Source of the DNA: Oligoflexales bacterium
GTDB taxonomy: Bacteria > Bdellovibrionota_B > Oligoflexia > Oligoflexales > Bog-1112
Length of the DNA stretch: 20,115 nucleotides
Direction of reading: 5' to 3'
Assembly (NCBI GenBank): GCA_045105515.1
Contig: JBGCDR010000098.1
Location: forward strand, 1 to 20,115
Shown here: positions 17,505-20,115 of the stretch, one piece after another
Layout of the letters: every line of letters starts with the position of its first letter
Numbering within the stretch: the stretch's first letter is position 1
Notes under the pieces: generated by a model
Databases searched by the model: none
What the model saw: only the letters and a program-made list of their open reading frames with translations
What the model was told of the DNA's origin: nothing
Translations under genes and position numbers: made by a program

Positions 17505-18833
17505 ATGAAACTAGTTTTAATCTTGCTAGCTTTTTTTAATATAATTTGCTTTAGCGCTGCCAACGCAGCTGTGATATCAATCAAAGAAGCTATTATTCCT
17601 TCAGGTTATAAAAGCATCAACTTAGTTTGTACTGTCTCGGGTTTATACAAATCTGAAATAGAAGAGCAAACTAAGCTTGTAGATCAGATTAATTTCAAGG
17701 TTGGTGCGGAAGACAAGCCTATAGCTCGTTCAGCCGGATCTAAAGATCATAATTACAACTTAGATCTTTATTGGCAGTCAAATGCAAGCAGCCCAGAATT
17801 GCTAGCAGAGTCTTCTGACAAATATAAAATCACCTATAATGTGACAATTGGAATCAACAATAACGATGAAAATACCATTAAAATTCTAGCTGAAAGTGGT
17901 AGCATACCGATCAAAGCTGTATTCCTCTATAAAGATAAGAACGGAGCAACTGTAGAAGGCAGGGGCACAGCTAGTTTGTTTAACCACAATCCCATCGAAG
18001 CGCCTACAGGTTTTAAAGTACTCTCTATTCATAAAGGGCTAGACATTGAGTGGGAAAAATCAACTGCCATTAAACACTCTGATAGTAAGGCTCACAAAGT
18101 GAGTAACATGCTGGTTATGCTCTTTAAGGAGGGTGAATCAGAAATTGATTTGCAGGCAAAGCAGGCGATAAACACAGAAGGGTCTGATCCTGACTTTTCT
18201 GGATGTAGGTATGTGGCTGGCGAAGAGCATTGTATTCAATGTGAGGGTGATTCTAATCAAATCTACATAAGCTCTGATCAAGCTGACCTGCAAGACAAAG
18301 CTCTAGTCTTTAAGCTTGTTCGTAACGATAAAGGTGGCTTTAGCTTTAATAACTTAGAACCTGATACCAGCTATACCATAGCACTCCAGTACCAAGATGG
18401 TACCAAGCGATCTGTATGTAAAGTTGGTACCACTATCCTAAGCTTAAGCTTAACAGAGTCAAATGGCGAAGAAGAAGGCAGTCTAACGGACACTCGCTGT
18501 TTTATCGCCACAGCCGCATTTGGTACTCCTTTTCACCGTCATGTGGAGGTGTTTCGCTGGTTTCGCAGCAACATCCTCCTGAAGTACAGGTTTGGTAAAC
18601 AGATTGTTTCCTATTACTACAAAAACAGCCCGGCAATAGCAAATTCCATTGCTAAATCCGAACGACTACGCACCATAAGCAGAGGCTTGCTCATCATACC
18701 TGCATATATTTTACATGGCATAAAACTTATCTCTCAAAATCAAACTGCAGCTCTGGTATTTTTTGCTGCACTTCTAAGCGTATTTTTAGGTTTAATTAAT
18801 TCAGCAAAGGTTTTATCCAGCAGGAAACCATAG
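17505..18833 (+). CDS. Exported protein with FN3-like region and C-terminal CFI-box-CTERM domain
   Basis: Signal peptide ending ANA; APTGFKV...LDIEW...NNLEPDTSYTIAL FN3-like; CFIATAAFG...FRWFR..IL....GKQIVSYYYKNSPAIA; C-terminal TM segments; GGAGG RBS before ATG 17505. Confidence 0.8.
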   Translation: MKLVLILLAFFNIICFSAANAAVISIKEAIIPSGYKSINLVCTVSGLYKSEIEEQTKLVDQINFKVGAEDKPIARSAGSKDHNYNLDLYWQSNASSPELLAESSDKYKITYNVTIGINNNDENTIKILAESGSIPIKAVFLYKDKNGATVEGRGTASLFNHNPIEAPTGFKVLSIHKGLDIEWEKSTAIKHSDSKAHKVSNMLVMLFKEGESEIDLQAKQAINTEGSDPDFSGCRYVAGEEHCIQCEGDSNQIYISSDQADLQDKALVFKLVRNDKGGFSFNNLEPDTSYTIALQYQDGTKRSVCKVGTTILSLSLTESNGEEEGSLTDTRCFIATAAFGTPFHRHVEVFRWFRSNILLKYRFGKQIVSYYYKNSPAIANSIAKSERLRTISRGLLIIPAYILHGIKLISQNQTAALVFFAALLSVFLGLINSAKVLSSRKP

Positions 18834-19682
18834 ATTCCCCCAACTTCGATTCATACTGACAAGACTCAATAAACGTCTTATTCTATCCTCTATTTGTGGA
18901 TGAGACTGTAAAAGGGGGCAAATATTCTTATTTCTTAGTTTGAAAACAAGTCCCCACACATTCAAGAATTGGCTTGATTTACGCAAAGCATTAGCAAGCC
19001 CTATTGGGTCTTTAGTCAGCCTCACAGCCTCTAAGTCAGCTGCAAATTCACGATTACGACTTAATGCAAAACGAAAAAACACCAATAAGATAGGGGCTAG
19101 CAAAGAAACCAAAATAATTTCCAAAGAAACCTGAGCTATACCAGCTAAAATAAGCGGTAAGGACAATAAGCACGAGATAAGAGCAAAGCCAGTTAAGAAA
19201 TTTGCATAGCTCTGCACAAGGTTGAGAAATTGATTTAATCTAAAATCTCCAGATTTGATGTGTGCAATTTCATGAGCTATGATTCCTTGCATCTCTCTAT
19301 GGGTAAGGGATTGCATAGCTCCCATAGAAATACAAATAATCGGGCTGTCTTGACTGCCGAAAGTCAAAGCATTAATCTCTTTCTTCGGAATTAAAAAGAA
19401 TTTCGGAAATTTTTTAAGTCCAGCTTCTTTAACGAGTCCAACACTAAGATTATCCAGATAAGTCTCATCGTAAGCCTGAAAATTTTTTGCACCTAGAGAT
19501 CTTAAAACCATATTACTAGACAGACTCGAACTAAGTCCTAAACCTAGCAAAAAGCTAAGGCCAACAAAAAATAAAAAAGCATCACCAGCAATTAGTTTAC
19601 CCACAAGCAACGCTAAAAACAGAATCGAAGCAAGTAAGATCAATCCCGTGATTTTATAGTCCCATTCAAGCTTTTTTAACAT
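18813..19682 (-). CDS. htpX: HtpX-like membrane zinc metalloprotease (M48)
   Basis: Two N-terminal TMs, INALTFG, GIIAHEIAHIKSGD, SRNREFAAD, LANALRK, SHPQIEDRIRRL; ATG 19682 with AGGTG RBS. Confidence 0.85.
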   Translation of the reverse strand: MLKKLEWDYKITGLILLASILFLALLVGKLIAGDAFLFFVGLSFLLGLGLSSSLSSNMVLRSLGAKNFQAYDETYLDNLSVGLVKEAGLKKFPKFFLIPKKEINALTFGSQDSPIICISMGAMQSLTHREMQGIIAHEIAHIKSGDFRLNQFLNLVQSYANFLTGFALISCLLSLPLILAGIAQVSLEIILVSLLAPILLVFFRFALSRNREFAADLEAVRLTKDPIGLANALRKSSQFLNVWGLVFKLRNKNICPLLQSHPQIEDRIRRLLSLVSMNRSWGNLWFPAG

Positions 19683-19726
19683 AAGTTCACCTATAAAACG
19701 AATTACATTCACAGATAAACCTAGGG

Positions 19727-19746
19727 CTTGACTAGATCTTGTCAAG
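19727..19746. promoter_or_regulatory. Palindromic operator-like site overlapping a TTGACA -35
   Basis: CTTGACtAGATCTtGTCAAG, 18 of 20 positions symmetric, 44 bp upstream of htpX. Confidence 0.55.
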
Positions 19747-20021
19747 GTTCCTGACAAAATTGATAACATAAGCAACTGATTTGATGAATTTTATCTTTTA
19801 GCAGATGATAAATATCAACCCAATAAGATGAGTTAGATATAGGTGTAAAAGCAGGGTTGATTCAAGTAAGCTTTTAACCAAATTTTGAAGTACGTTAAAA
19901 TGGGTTCAGCATATTTTTTTAACAAAATTTTTGTTGTCAAAAATATTTGAGATGTATTTTTTTGACTATTCAAGCATAATAGAGTTGTCTAACAATTGAT
20001 AAAACCCTTTGGTAGCTTAAT

Positions 20022-20114
20022 TTATGTTATTTTATAGTTCCAAAGACCTGCTGCTGCGTAACCTATTTCATCACGAAGCTTATCAATTCTGACTCTTAAC
20101 TTTGAAGAAGCTGC
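20022..20114 (-). CDS. 3' end of an unidentified CDS entering from beyond the window
   Basis: Open frame AASSKLRVRIDKLRDEIGYAAAGLWNYKIT* running to the window edge. Confidence 0.45.
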   Translation of the reverse strand, partial: AASSKLRVRIDKLRDEIGYAAAGLWNYKIT

Positions 20115-20115
20115 G

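Noticed and set aside
19750..20020. Possible gene remnant upstream of htpX
   Set aside because: Only short broken frames in AT-rich sequence; no recognisable product

Overview
Bacterial chromosomal window with about 18 intact CDS and one partial CDS. Gene style and families suggest Bdellovibrionota/Oligoflexia; this is inference and was not checked. The AT-richer left part carries a TolC-like protein, an ADP-ribosylglycohydrolase, a decayed ORF zone and an HD-like protein. The rest carries a Cys-repeat/LRR lipoprotein, an HTH + catalytically degenerate ImmA/IrrE-like regulator, an RDD-like protein, cysS-hutI, greA, a cluster of SH3-like protein / M48 lipoprotease / FadL-like beta-barrel, a saccharopine dehydrogenase-like gene, ubiE/menG, a CFI-box-CTERM surface protein and htpX. 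No rRNA, tRNA, CRISPR or transposase was seen. Three observations stand out. (1) A 102-bp non-coding element occurs twice in direct orientation (8705-8806 and 11573-11674, 65/102 identical without gaps), bracketing cysS-hutI; the first copy can fold as a three-way junction in the cysS 5' leader. (2) Two near-consensus sigma-28 (FliA) promoters lie upstream of the LRR lipoprotein and the SH3-M48-barrel cluster. (3) The HTH-IrrE protein has lost its HExxH motif, and a 20-bp operator-like palindrome sits upstream of htpX.
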